A DNA stretch of 64,000 nt, from contig NW_019028991.1 of NCBI RefSeq assembly GCF_002105155.1, forward strand, positions 372,001 through 436,000, written 5' to 3'. The notes beneath the pieces were generated by a model, which did no database searches, was not told the origin of the DNA, and was given only the letters and a program-made list of their open reading frames with translations. This document shows, piece by piece, positions 45,055 to 58,876 of this stretch. The DNA is from Lobosporangium transversale. Taxonomy: Eukaryota. Each line of letters starts with the position of its first letter. Within the stretch, counting starts at the first letter, position 1. Position numbers and translations under genes: made by a program.

Positions 45055-46389
45055 ATGGACTTGGATTCTGAACTGCATGACTCAAGCAAGATTGACACAA
45101 CTATTCCACGGCAACTTGTTCTCGATTACCTCTTACACAACTGCTATGGCGAAACTGCTCGTGCGTTCATGAAGGATGACTTGGATGCGGCTAAAGTATC
45201 GGATGGTCGGAAAAATGGGAGTACTCGCAATGCGAGCAATGGAACTTGTAACATGAACCACTATTCATCCAGCAATGGAACTAATAGCTACCATAATGGA
45301 ATCTCAACCGTGACCACGACAGGTCAATTTCAAGGTATTATGGCGCGGAATGCCTCCGATGATAGTCAGAACAAAGCAGGGGACGCCGCATCTCTTATGG
45401 AAACAGATAGAGAAGAATTAGACCAGGAAGGAGACTCGCCTATGGGTGAAAACCATCATAACAACACTGATGATAGTCTCAGTAATGGTACACTCACTGC
45501 TGACAAGGCATATGCATTGCATATCGACGAGCAACTCAAGAACTTGGAGACCCGCAAAGGTAAAGAAGACATTTCGTACTAATTAATGATGTTTGTGATT
45601 AACTTCTGGCAGACTAAAGGAGTACTTGGCTTTTCTTGTTTATCTCAATATCTCCTGACTTTCTAACTCTCTACAAACAGCCATTCGCTCCTTGATCTCA
45701 CATGGAGATATCGGATCCGCTATGGAGCTATGCAACTCAGCCTTTCCACGCGTGCTATCAATTGATCCACATAGCCCTTACACTACACAGGCTTCAATTC
45801 AAATGAACTTCAAACTACAGTGCCAGAAATTCATTGAGCTTGTCAAGGCTGATCCAGGTCCAGATGCTTTGGACTTTGCAAAGAATGTTATTGATCAATT
45901 TACACAGTTGGACCCAGATGGCAAGGAAGGCTACATTAAACAGATGGAAGATGTATTTTCGGTGATAGCCTATGTCAATCCGGAGGAATCACCTAATGGC
46001 CACTTTCTGAAGCAAGAGGCACGAGACCAGCTTGCGGACACTTTAAACAGTGCAGTCCTTGGTAGGAAATTCATAACAATGACATTTATTGTTTACTTCG
46101 CTATGTAGTGTTACAGCCTCTGTTCAAAAAGATTGATGCCAACTTCTGCTTTTTTGCGTTAACTTGTTCGTTCAGGCTGCAATGGCATGTCATGTGAACC
46201 AGCATTGTTGACGATTGTAAAGCAGGCAACACTTGTGAGAGAGTGTCTCGCAGGAGATACATCAAAGACAAAACGAGGACTGAAGGTAACATTCATAACA
46301 GATAGTTTGATAGCATAGCTACAGCCAATAAGCAAATATTTCCTTCATTGTACAGTACCTCAGATAAGAAAACCAGTCAACTCTTTTTC

Positions 46390-46428
<39 letters not shown>

Positions 46429-46485
46429 TGCAAATAGGCACCACCAAGATGGCGCTTGTCGACATTTTTGGAAGAGTCAAGTTGA
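45055..46485 (+). CDS. LisH-CTLH-CRA domain protein (GID/CTLH E3 complex-type)
   Basis: LisH RQLVLDYLLHNCYGETARAF; CTLH IRSLISHGDIGSAMELCN and FKLQCQKFIELV; CRA SVIAYVNPEESP...ARDQLADTLNSAVL. Confidence 0.87.
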
Positions 46486-47155
46486 ATAGTCAATAGCAAT
46501 AGTAATGGTAGCAGCGACGATACAACTTTTACATATAGAAATGTAGCAGGAGTCAGCAGAGATGATAAAGGAAGTTGCTATGGGCAAAACGAAACCCGAA
46601 TTCCTGATAATCGTCATCAACGTCAGGACACATTACCACTTTTGGATGATTCAGCATATACTGACGCTATCACTCAAACACGGTCTAGGCTTCGTTTCCA
46701 AATTTTATATGTGTTTGTTGCTGTTGCTATTGCCTTTTTAATATCCCATTGTTCTCTCTCAAAGTAGGAGGTTATTTTTTGACTGTTACACTGCTTACTC
46801 TTTATATGTTGTCTGTAGTTTGTTAGTTTTCTCTTTTTTTTAGCCCGTTGAGTCATTTTGAGTATGTCCAATAAATAATAACTTTCGCAGCTTTATAATT
46901 GTACCCCTTGTCACGCCATTAAAAAATGGGATTGGCGGGACATGGAGACATTAATTAGCGACACAACATTTTTGTGGTGGCTAAGTTCCAATTTGGAAGG
47001 ATGCAAATCTTATTGGCTACGCCAATGTTAAATGACGTTTTAGACATGGGAGCACCTGTTCCATTACTTTCCATCTTTTTTATCCCTTTGACCATTGCTA
47101 CACCCTTCGTAATAATTGCAAGCTTTCAATAATCAGAAGAAAAGAGCATAAAAAA

Positions 47156-49420
47156 ATGCCACCTCGTTTTATTCCTCCTACCAGTCCGCGCTGCCCTCGA
47201 TGCTCCAAGGCCGTCTACAGTGTATTTCACATTCATCTTTCCATTAGCACTACATCCTTCTAGACTTTTTAAACTAACTCTGTTGCTATCTCTGTATCTC
47301 TACCGATTTACCATATCCCTCCAGGCTGAGCAAGTCATCGGACCAATGGGTGCTGCATGGCACAAAGCGGTATGTGGAGAGCATCCTTTGACTGTTATTG
47401 TTGCTTATTTAGGCGATGACAAAATATTGACGCGATTTATTTTTCTTTCTTGATTCTTCATATCGAAAGTGCTTTACATGTCGAGAATGCAACCGCCGTC
47501 TGGATTCCAGCACGCTGGCTGAGCATGAAGGCGAGGTAAATATGGAATTAGTTATTAAAGAAAACTATGGAATACTAAAAAGATGTCATTACTGTTTGGA
47601 ATGCTCTGCTATCTGTTTTAATTTTGCTTATAACCTATCATTACCAACGGTACTAGGCATATTGTAAGACATGCCACAAGAAGAAATGGGGCCCAACCGG
47701 CTATGGTTATGCTGCTGGAGTGTTAGTGCCAGAGGATCCTGAGAACCTATTCAAGCAAAGCATTGGACGTCCTATGAACAGCAGCGGTAGCATCAGCGAT
47801 AGCAATAGTACAGGAGAGCTTGCTCGTAATAACACAGGCGGAAGCAGTAATGGTGCTTTTGGTGGCAGTAGCCCACAATTGACTCAGTCCAGGCTTGCGC
47901 AACACCAATACCAACAGCAGCACCAACCATATGAAGAGACAGAGGAGCAAAGACTTGAGCGATTGACCCCAGTGAATGCAACCCTCAAGAAGAAGAGCTC
48001 GCTAGATATGATTCGAGAGCAAGCAGAGGCCTCGCGTAAAGCGTACGATGAGGCCCATGCACAGCGCATTGCTCAAAGGTACGGTCAAGTCAATGTTAAT
48101 TTGACTGGAGGCTCCAATGCAAGCACGGGGAGCAGAGGAGAGCGTGGTGGCTACAACAATAACAGCGGATATCTCTCTGGATCGGACACATCCTCTGCTT
48201 TTGGTTCAACTATTGCTACAACATCCTCCCCTGCGCCCTCACTCTCATCCATCTCCTCTGTTGCCTCGAGCCAGCCGATAACAAAGCCTCTGTTTTTGAA
48301 CCAGAACATTCGTTCATCTTCTACTTCCTCCGTGTCAAACCAACAGGATTACCAGGATGCAGAATCCGAATTTGCAAGGAACCGACAGGCTCTTTCTTTC
48401 CAAACTGGGGCTCCACTGTCTTCATCTTCCCCCAATGTATCTTCAGGCCCCCCATCGCTTCCAAAAAGAAACCATGCACCAGCTAATTCTGAGCCGAGCC
48501 CACAGCCAGCATCTGAAGTTGACGAATCTTATCTGGAGTACGCACCCTTCCGTATTGTAGCCCGAAATGGCGACTCCAAAGCACCAGAACCGACTGTGGA
48601 AGATGATGAATGGGAGACAGAGGCTGCTAATAAGAAGTCTGAGCCGGCGCAGCCCATGTATCTATCTCAATATTTGAAACAGCAGCAGCAACAACAGCGA
48701 CAACAGCAGCGCTTTCCGGAGCAAGAACAAGAAAACCAAGTTCACCACTCAACACCACCAACCTCAGTTTCTTCAGCATCTGCACGTTCAAACACTCTCA
48801 CCAACGAGTCTGATCGGTTGAATTTGAGGGAACAGGAGCAACGCCAACATCAGCAAATACCATCGGCAGTCTCAGTGGATGAATGGGATGAGGAGCCTAC
48901 TCCAAATGTACCTTCAAAGCCCCAGAACCTCAGCTACTCACCAGCGCACCATGCCTCTCCAGCTGCTACGCGTACTTGGACTCCAACAGCCAACACTTCA
49001 TCAGCTTCATTGAATAACACAACGAGCAACTCCCAAACTCGGATAGCTCTCACGGAAGCTTTAACTCCAAAGAAAAGTTCTGCCAATTCCGGTACTTTTA
49101 GCACAACAGCACCTAAGACCAGTTACTACCGTACCGGCACCATTATGACGCCTAAAAGACAGACAGTGTTTGGTGGCGGAGGCGATATTTGCCCTCGTTG
49201 CCAAAAGACAGTTTACCATGCGGAATCAGCTCTTGCCCCTGGAGGAGCCAAATACCATAAGCTATGTCTGAGATGCGTTGAATGCTCCAAGAGTCTAGAC
49301 TCTACCAATATGACCGATCGTCAAGGTGTACCATACTGCAAGACTTGCTATAGCAAAGCATTTGGTGCCAAAGGCTATGGTTACGGTAGTGGTGCGTCGA
49401 TGCTCCATACTGAACTTTAA
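47156..49420 (+). CDS. CRP-like protein with two LIM domains, each followed by a Gly-rich tail, joined by a long disordered linker
   Basis: Spliced N-terminus CPRCSKAVYS|AEQVIG..WHKA|CFTCREC...|YCKTCHKKKWGPTGYGY; C-terminus CPRCQKTVYHAE...HKLCLRCVEC...YCKTCYSKAFGAKGYGYG. Confidence 0.9.
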
Positions 49421-49546
49421 CAAAATAAACAAACCAAACCAAACGTGACAACTTTTCTTTTTCGGTTAATAGCGGTAACAGAACGGCTTTTTCAGATTAT
49501 CAGATAACAATATTAAAGCGAGCAAGCGACATTTTTAATTTATTTC

Positions 49547-52500
49547 TTAAACGAGATTAAACTTAGTTGATTTGGCTTCGGGTCGCATGGCATTCACGGT
49601 GAGGGTGAAAGATCCTCTTTCGACCTTCCTCTCTAAATCCCTTCCGTGATAGGTCAGAGTGTTCGGAGTGATCTTAAACTGAACTTCCATGCTCTGATAT
49701 GGTTTGAGCATAACCTTTTGAAAATACTTTAAAAGGAATGCCTCAGGCATGATGTCACTACGGTAGTCTTGAGTGACATACCAAAAGATGGTCTCCTTGA
49801 CGGGGTAGCTACTCTTATTATGGATATTGATCTTTGCAAAAATGAAAGGAGAAGTTGACTTGCCCATATTCGATGTCCTGTTGGTCTCATGGTGTCTATT
49901 GGATGGGTAGTTGTTTTGATGATATGGATCATTAATATCATTACTATTCACTATCGTGCTCGTTTTAAAGCCATTTTCTAGAGAGCTTTTTTGGGTTGCT
50001 GTTGAATTATGGCTGGATGCGTTCAGGTACATCACATTAGACGTTAGAATCAGATCGCTGTACTCGACTAAGGAGTAGGATATACCAGCACTAAATGGGA
50101 ATAAAGGCTTGTAAGGATCTACTCCCATACGATAGTAGTTGGTAGTCATATCGCTAGATCCATTAGGATAGGTCATGGGTATCCTCCCAGATGGGTTCAC
50201 AGCACCACTCAGGATCTCGGCAATTGGGTGTCCACCCCAAGGACCAGGTAGGTATGCCAAGACAATCGCATCGACCTTCTCCACCACATCCTGCAGCCCT
50301 CGTGGACGGCCCTCCACAAGAATCAATATAAGTTTAGTGCTTGTACCCTTGATCCGTTCACTAACTTTCCGTACCAAATCCAACTGTCCATTAGGCAGGT
50401 CCAAATCATTGATGTTACCGACAATCTCAGCGTATGGTCCTTCGCCAAGGCAAAGGATCACGCTATCAGCGCCCTGGATAGCGTCATCCAGTGGAGCACT
50501 GGCGGTACTGTTACTGATACTATTGCCATCAAAGTCAATGCTTTCTGCATAAGCGACATGACCTTCACCAAATTCTTTAATGAGGCCACTCAAGATGGTC
50601 TCGCCTCGACCTTGAAACCATTCATCAGTCTCTGCACCCTGCCACTTGATTGACCAGCCTCCCGAAAGAGCTCTCAGAGAGTTGGCCGCAGGACCTGTTA
50701 TAGCGATTTTTTTTGTTTGATTCTTACGTAAAGGCAATGCACCCTTATTGTTCCTGAGCACTGTGATGCTTTCTCTAACCGCATCCTTGGCTGCATCAAT
50801 ATCCTGCTTACTCCCAACATAGCTTAACAACTTGGGGTCGCTGAATGGCTGATCGAATAGTCCTAAATCCTTCTTAAGTTGCAAGACCTTGGCTACTGAA
50901 CTTACTAATCGTTCTCTGCCCAGTTTCCCTTCTTGAACCAATAAGCCTGCATTTTCAGAAAACGATTTAGATTCAGGGACCATGATCATGTTCATTGATG
51001 TTTGTTTGAGGCACTGGAGCGCTGCTTCCTTGAGAGATGGGACACTACGGTGCTCAGTGTATAATCGGTCGAGCTCCTGCCAATCAGTTACCAACATTCC
51101 TTCAAACTTCAACTGATTTCGAAGAAGTTCTGTCAAATAGAAATGTGATCCGACTACAGGTTGCCCATTTACGTCGATGTAGGTCTCCATTGCTGTCGCA
51201 ACGCCTGCATTGACAGCAGCTCGGAACGGAGGTACGAAGTAGTCCATTAACAAATTGTCTGGAATCCACGCAGAAGCCCTAACGGGTGAAAGATTAGAAC
51301 AAGACTATGCTTGAGTAACTATTGGCGAGGTATCTCATTCTGTATAAAAAAGAGAAGAAAAGGGCCATACTTGTCTTGGCCATTGCGAGATGCTGAGTAG
51401 CCGATAAAATGCTTCATGCATCCAGCAACGCGTGTGCGATCTTTTTTATAATTGCCTTGTAGACCCCGGATGATCGCAGCACCCATCGTTGAAGAGACAT
51501 GAGGATCTAATTATAGGCATATAAAAAAAAGCATGTAGCTTTAGAAGATCTATGAAGGTAACAAAATACAACTATATTTTTGCAATTTTTGATAGTACAA
51601 ACCTTCTCCAAAGGTCTCATACACGCGAGGCCATAGTTTATGGACAGCAATATCAAGAATGGGTGCAAACACCCATGGAATACCAGCAGCACGCGTGTCC
51701 TTTGCAGTAATCCGGCCAGCCTCATACGCAAGGGTCGTGTTGAATGTAGCTGCAAGGCCGATCTGTTGTGGAAATATAACAGCACCATCCACATAATTGG
51801 CGCCATGGACCGAATCCAATCTAACAAAAAATCACGGCAAAACCCTCCGGAACTGATTAGATCCGTGACTTAATATTTCCAAAAGAAAAAAGAAAGGAAC
51901 ACACCTTTTTTTCTTCCTAATCCTTTGCTCAACTCTACTCCATACCCATAAATCACAGGAATACCCTTGCCAGTGGATAAAGCAACCTTTTGAATATCAT
52001 CTAACGATCATAAAGAAATATGCCCCTCCGATGATATATCGGAAGTGCGTTTCTAGCGTATGAGTGTAGATGTTGATGGCGCATTGAGTTAAAATATATA
52101 CATATATATGACGACTAAATGTTTTAACAAACTTTACCGACTATCTTCGAAAATCGCTTAGGGGAATAGGAGATGTACTTTCCGCCATGGCTAGGGGTGT
52201 TCAACATATTGATACGTTAATGCAAGCGTTAAGGAAGAAATAGGGTATAAGATATCATACCAAAGTTTAAAAGAATAACCAGGGAGTGATGACAATGGGG
52301 ATGGTATGCTTCATTACTTTGTAGGTGTATCAAGGAAACTTCCAACTCCCCACTCCCCAATCCAGTACTGGGCTTTGGCCACGTCCAGCTCTCCTTTACT
52401 ATCGAGCAGCATCCCAATCTGAATCTGAGTCATCTGGCCTGCTAGTTCTTTGAGAGACATACTCTCAACTAGCTCACGAATATCAGGGTCAACTTCTGTT

Positions 52501-52925
52501 GTGGGCCTCAATGAGTCTTTCCCCTCCTGAGTCTTGCCAGAAGAGCAGCCTGAACTACTACAACCATCGCTATCATGGATCGGATAGCTGGCATCAGGGC
52601 TTCGGCCACCAAATGTATTTTGATCAACAATCTGATCAACATTGGATGTTTGCTGTGGATTAAAGCTTTGGTTCTGGTTCCAGTCTATACTTTTGTTGTA
52701 CATTTGTTGATACTCCTCAATGGCAAAAATCAATCCAGGGCTCTTGACTGAACCCGAGGCTGCAACTCTGGACTCAGCCACTGCTCCCACTCTTTGGGCC
52801 ACTAGGAAGTTAACAGACAAGAGGATAATCAGAAGTTTGATGTGGAGAGATTTCGAGCCTGCGCGAACGCAACGACCATCTGATACTACATGTTGGGAAG
52901 CTTTAGTACTGTGGTCGCCAATCAT
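49547..52925 (-). CDS. Glycoside hydrolase family 3 beta-glucosidase, multi-exon
   Basis: MSLKELAGQMTQI, DSVHGANY, FPQQIGLAATFN, WPRVYETFGED, MKHFIGYS, nucleophile region GMLVTDW, NPSGRIPMTYP, C-terminal Fn3-like domain. Confidence 0.93.
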
Positions 52926-52934
52926 GCTTTTTTT

Positions 52935-52968
<34 letters not shown>

Positions 52969-53352
52969 AATGGTAGAAAAGAGTGAATGAAGTGTGAATG
53001 CGATAAGAGCGGAAGAAAGAGTGGAGAGGAATGAGATGGTATTCAAAGCTTTATAAAGCCGCATTCGTCCTACAGACAAGGCACATTTCGCGTTCCTGAA
53101 GAGCAAATATTCCGAATAGGAGAGGTAGATTCCATTCCATGTAGAACTACTTAACTCACATCCAAGCATTGACCTTTACATTATAAAACATAATATTAAG
53201 AAGGAAGAACAACACCCGACGTCATGTCAATCTACTCTTGGCATGAACTTTATTGTTGTTATTGAAATTGTGGTATCAAGGTATTATATACAGGAAGCGG
53301 TTTGATTTGCAATATGCTATCTTTTCTTTTGCAATATACTGTATGTCTTTGT

Positions 53353-54082
53353 TTAGTGCTTGCCACTGATGTGAGTGTAGGGATGCGCAGGTTGGTATGG
53401 TGGGTGCTGAGGCTGAGAAGTAACAGGACCATATCCCTGGCCATAAGTGTAAGTCAACCCTTCCTTGTGGTGCTTCACTTCGCTTGTGTACTTGCTAGCC
53501 ACCCATCCTCCGATTGCCATCAGCACTACTTGGACAGCCGTGCAAATGCCTGTGATGATCATAACCCATCTATAACAGCCATCCACATCCTCGAACAGAC
53601 TATTGGGGTCGTAAGGCCCAAAGTATCTGTCATCGTCCTTCAACAGTTGGGTCCTGCAAAGGCCCATGACTGCCTCTTTCTCACGCGTTGCCAAGAAAAT
53701 GATGTTGATCACAGAGAGTACCGTGACCAAGAAAGTGACAGTCCACCACAGGACCGAGAAATTCTTAGCCAATGCATACTTCTTGAAGAACACGGATATC
53801 AGACCTGCCACACCGAGAAGCCCATAAACACCCGTGGCAATGTATGCTGCGATCCGAGTGGTAGAGTCTTTTCGAAGCAATGAGTGGTAATGTGGTGTTA
53901 ATATAAGTGCTGCAGAGGCGGATAGAGGCATAATAATATTATAAATATCTACCTGTGGTTCCAACTCGGAGAACAGACCAGAGACTGGCGCCTCCAAGGG
54001 CAAGGGCTATCGTCGAAAAAATCGCAACCGCAAAGCGGAATGGGACACAACAGCAGCAGTAGCTTCGATTCGCCTTAGTCAT
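53353..54082 (-). CDS. Four-TM membrane protein with N-terminal Cys cluster (tetraspanin/LAPTM-like topology)
   Basis: Exon 1 MTKANRSYCCCCVPFRFAVAIFSTIALALGGASLWSVL, intron ~53952-53870, exon 2 with three more hydrophobic helices and a Cys-containing loop; Pro/Tyr-rich tail. Confidence 0.8.
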
Positions 54083-54451
54083 AATTGATTCTGTGTAATG
54101 CTTGGATGGTTGAATTAAATGATGATTGTGGTGAGAAAGACAGAGAGAAAGGGGTGTTTTTATACATTTTGGAACACAGTGAAATAGAAAGTCAGGTACG
54201 CGTATAAAAATAGACGAGGCTTGCTATGGCGGTGCTAAAGGTAATGTGAGGCGTAGCAGGGACATCTTCTGAACGAAAGAGTCGATTCTCTGAAAACAAA
54301 CAAACAAACCAACAGAAGGGGCATGTGTGGCAGGGCAGCAAGAGACAAAGAGGAAGCATTTAGAGCTTTGTCAATCAGCACAGCCTTAAACCTTATTCAT
54401 GTAAACAATGAAAAGCATGTAGAGTCTATGCTCTCGTGTGGTTGTCACATA

Positions 54452-54724
54452 CACTCCAGTCTCACTGTTTTGCAAAATGTGCAAAAAGTGGATTTTATAT
54501 ACGTTCTGCGATGCTCATTGGCTAGATTCACATTTAATTCAAAATATTTATTCTAAAACCACAATTCAATTGGCTGATTTTTTTGCTTGTCTTTCTGCTC
54601 TCACCCTTTGCCAGCCATTTAAAATAAAAATTTTTGAATTAAATGTGAATCTAGCCAATGAGCATCGCAGAACGTATATAAAATCCACTTTTTGCACATT
54701 TTGCAAAGCATTGAGACTGGAGTG
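54452..54724. mobile_element. Tc1/mariner-type MITE, 273 bp, ~100-bp near-perfect TIRs, TA target-site duplication
   Basis: TA|CACTCCAGTCTCA...GATTCACATTTAATTCAAAA versus TTTTGAATTAAATGTGAATC...TGAGACTGGAGTG|TA, few mismatches. Confidence 0.9.
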
Positions 54725-56500
54725 TACATGATAAAATGAATCTTGTCTGAAGTCTCCATCTCACTGCCCTGCTGACGAGCTTTTTCTTTTTTTTTTATCA
54801 CGAATATAATGACTTGCCTCTTGTCTGATCTTCAAAGACCATGACCTACTCTCCATGCTATCGGGGCTCAAGGAGCCGATCCCGATCAGGACATAAGAAA
54901 GGATGATTTTTAACACTAGAAGAAACCGCCGTACAAAAGTGATAGCAGTCCCTTGGAGTGGTCGCTATACACAACAGCATCTTAGGCAAAGGTGGTTAAG
55001 GCGGTCATTAGAAGGCTAAGGACTGCGATGTGACCCTGAATCTGGTTCATGTTATTGATATTGTGAGGGCCTTGCAGGGAGGACATGCACCCGATAAAAG
55101 AATAGCTCTTATGATAGTGAATCATATAGAATGGGTTCCTACCATATTCTCCTTTCAGGCAACATTGACAAGGCAGCAAAGTATAAAGAAAAGAGTGCAG
55201 CCACGGAAACTGTATTCGCTCTTTCTTATATATCCTTTAACGTCAATGTACAGTTAACTGATGCACAAAGTATGGACACAGCCGGCCCTATGTAGACAAG
55301 CAGTTCTACATGAAATACTACAGATGAATGATATCCTAGTTCAAGAACTTGATAAGATCGCTAAAAGTGCAGTCAAGTCACCTTTACAGAAAATTAGTGA
55401 TACTAGCTAGAATAGGCTGGCGTACACCCATTATTACTTTGAGATAGGATAACACTAACGCCAACAGAAGTGTGATTATGCACGAGTACTTCAACCGCAT
55501 CAGTGGACGTAAAAGATCAATGCTTCTTCAAAGCTTCGAGGCGGCATACAATCAGGTCTCATGCTGTTCTCTTTCATTCATGGAGTGCTTCTCATCAACA
55601 TAGAAATACCCTCAGTAAAGGTGTCAATGTACTGCACACTGTAACTGTTGTTTCTTCCTTTGAGCACTAGGTGCTTACTACATGCTGCTGTATCCAATGT
55701 ACAAAAGAGGATGCTAGATATAAAAGTCCATTCAGTGAGGCTGTATCAAAAATTGTGACAAGGTTGACTTTAAGCATGAATGACTCCTGTTACAGTGAGC
55801 AATAAGTGGAACTTGTTATCTTCGATTTAAAAAGATTCTATTCAGGACCCATGGAGCAATGTCTGTATAAATCATTATAACCATAGAAAAAGCAAAATCA
55901 TGTCATTTCTATGTCTGTATAGTTTATTGCACCAGAACCTTGAAAAGCAGAGCCTAAACAAAGCAAGGATCGCTCACCTAGTATTGCTACGATATGGATC
56001 CCATTTTTTCAACCCTTTATGCAGTGCTTCTTCAGAGAATGAGCTTATAATAGCTATTTTCCGCGACCTAACCGACTTTTCCTAAAGGAAACCTCTTTTC
56101 TTGCCATGTAACTGGCACATATTTACCACGACTGGTTTCAAAATGGAAAAGTACATTTTTTCTGAAGGCTCAACGGGGCTTTGAGTATGTCTATATTACA
56201 TCCTGCTGTTTTTATCAAGCTTTGCAACTAATTTTGAAATGATTTTCTAGATTGGCCACATACTATGCCTTATTGCACCCATCACCTAATTGCAAAATTA
56301 GCATTCGTCAGAAAGCGTAAAACCCACTTTAAGTTACGCTTCGGCGCCCGCTAGCGGCTCCAGATGGAGCGATCCCAATTGGGTTTGTTTGAAACGAATG
56401 ACTTTATCTATAGCACTAAGGAGATATCGATATTTCCATAAGGATGAAGTAATTTACACGGGCCCGTCGTGCAAATAAACTTTCACTTATAAAAAATTTA

Positions 56501-58310
56501 TTTGCACTGCCCCGTACACCTTATATACATGTACACTGCTCCCCCGTGCAAATAAAAAAAAAAATTATTTGTACGGGGTCTCTATTTCATCTACAAGCAG
56601 CAACGTGTATCCTACAGATTACCTAATTCTAGCTTTTTATTTCGAAGGAGATAAGCGAAGGTGAGTCTAGAGTAGAGGGGAGTCTGGAGCTGCGATACTC
56701 ATCGCGCTCTGTCGTATATTCCACAGTATGCAATATTATGATAGAAAAAAATTAGAGTAAAAAACACTAATGCGCTAAAAATTAGCAGTAGAAATTAGTG
56801 GCAATAACGCGCCACACACAGACGCGATAAATCTTTGATATGAATTTTTTAGAACGAACCTTTGTCATCCTACAGATAGATACGTAGTTACCTGGTATAA
56901 GTCCCTCTACCAGAAAATGAATAAATACCCCATGGGTGTGGTGTGTGGACCCATAACTTATTCTCACTTACTTTTCTACTGCTTACTATCTACAAAATAA
57001 AATATTTTTCACGCTCTATTCCGCTCTACAATCACCCGAAAGAAAGTCTGGTCAAAGTGGGTTATTTATTATTTTTTTATTTTAGATCTCTGACAAACAG
57101 CTCATTTGTGACATACAAAAATACTTCATCAACCAAGATGGGATTTTGCGTTTTTATTAATGAGGCCAATGTGGATAATCACTGAAGTTTTTGGACAGTA
57201 CATGCTGACGGAAAACAGCAAGAAATAGGAATGAAGACAGTGCTTCTCTTCATAACCATTTGAAAATTTTATTTTTTTGACCTAACTTTCTTTCAGGTGA
57301 TTGTACAACATGAAGCTAGTCCCTAGACGCAGTGAGCATCTACATGTGCGTGCTACGACCTAAGGCAAGTTCTGGCTATTTTATTGGTGAAAAATCAACC
57401 CTGATTGAACATGATAACAAACTTGGAATGTAATGAGACAAAAATAAGGATCTTTATCAACGTTACAGAAAAGAGTATTTCTGTCCCTTTTCTATCACTA
57501 TAAATCACGGTTATGCTATTAAAGTATTTTAGCTATTTAGATATGGTGATATAGGTAATTATGGCACGATCGGCTTTGAGTGCGGACTGCGCCACCTATC
57601 ATAAGAAAAGTAATCTCTCGGATTACAAACGGGTGAGAGGATAGATATTCCACAAAACAAACTGCGGTCTACCCATTGTATTTTGATGAATTTGATAAAC
57701 AAAAAATAGTACCAAGGACGCTTGAGCTCTTAATAAAGAAGGACAGAGATAAGGACATATAAGAGAAAAAGAAAGAGAGTAGTAACATGGCACGCTATTC
57801 ATCATAGCAATGGGTATGGTAGTATGATTGTTTGAATATCTACCAAAACAAATTACACATTAGAGGATCCTAATAACTGAACTCATCGTTGTGTGCTTAA
57901 TAGTGTACGGAAATACTAAAGATGTATGCACGCGTTAAATGAAAGAAAGCATCGGGGAACCATCCACAATCTATAACAACACGGCCAACAAAAGTGCAAA
58001 GTAAAGCGGCATAGTATATTCAATTATAGATAAATCATTTGTAATTCTGTATTTAGTCCCGGAGTCGCATAAAGGATGCCAACATCTACTCTGGGCTACG
58101 TACGACCTTGATAAGATAAATATCCTGATCAGTATTTTATGCTTGGGTATCGACTCTGGATCTAAGCTTGTGTCGTGGAAGGCTTCCTGGTAGTGGTATT
58201 TAAGACTGAAATAAAGACCCCGTACAAATAAAAAAAAGCGCCTCCGTGCAAATAATTTTTTTTATTTGTACGGGAGCAGTGTAAATAAGGTGTGTACGAG
58301 GCCGTGCAAA
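56501..58310. mobile_element. ~1.8-kb non-autonomous element with degenerate inverted ends built from CGT(A/G)CAAATAA motifs
   Basis: 56501-56589 (TTTGCAC..CCGTACACCTTAT..TACACTGCTCCC..CGTGCAAATAA..TTATTTGTACGGGGTCTCTATTTCA) aligns as an inverted repeat with 58207-58310. No credible ORF inside. True termini uncertain. Confidence 0.65.
57029..57303. mobile_element. Tc1/mariner-type MITE, 275 bp, 28-bp TIRs, TA target-site duplication, nested in the 1.8-kb element
   Basis: TA|CAATCACCCGAAAGAAAGTCTGGTCAAA versus TTTGACCTAACTTTCTTTCAGGTGATTG|TA (3 mismatches). Confidence 0.8.
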
Positions 58311-58322
58311 CACCTTAGGATT

Positions 58323-58840
58323 AATCTATTTGGCAGCCTAGTTGCCAAATATAGTCAACTTTCAAGACTCTCTTTGGCAGCCCAGTTGCCAAATAACATT
58401 CATTATTTACTTGGCAGCCTACCCAGCGTTATTTGGCCTCTAACTATTTTTTTTTTTTTTTTTTCATTCCTAGGAACCGTATATGTATATAACGCTCATA
58501 CTTCAAATTAATAAAGCTCCCGTCTTCTACGTCATGGTTATGTGTAGTGACATTGTCTTGTCTCATTGAAAACTAATGACTTTTTTTTTCAAGTAGGCCG
58601 CTCATACAGTTTTGGAGGTGCCATTTGGAGATCAATGCCTATGAGAGGTTTTCGCTCGGAGCAAACGCGTCTCACCTGCTACCTAGACGTCTTCAATAAA
58701 TCATTCCCTAACCGTGTACATTGAAGGCTGTTTTGTGAAGATGTCATCGTCGCTGCCCTTAGTACCTCCGGCGGCATTAGCTGTGCAAGGCAATGTATCC
58801 ACAGAACGCTGCCTGTTTTACCACTGATGTTATGACACTG

Positions 58841-58876
<36 letters not shown>

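Noticed and set aside
56280..56400. Canonical hammerhead ribozyme
   Set aside because: GTC and GAAAC are on the plus strand but CTGACGA is on the minus strand; no complete core on either strand.
58130..58165. ILCLGIDSG, resembling a RuvC-I motif
   Set aside because: Isolated short match with no downstream RuvC-II, zinc finger or RuvC-III.
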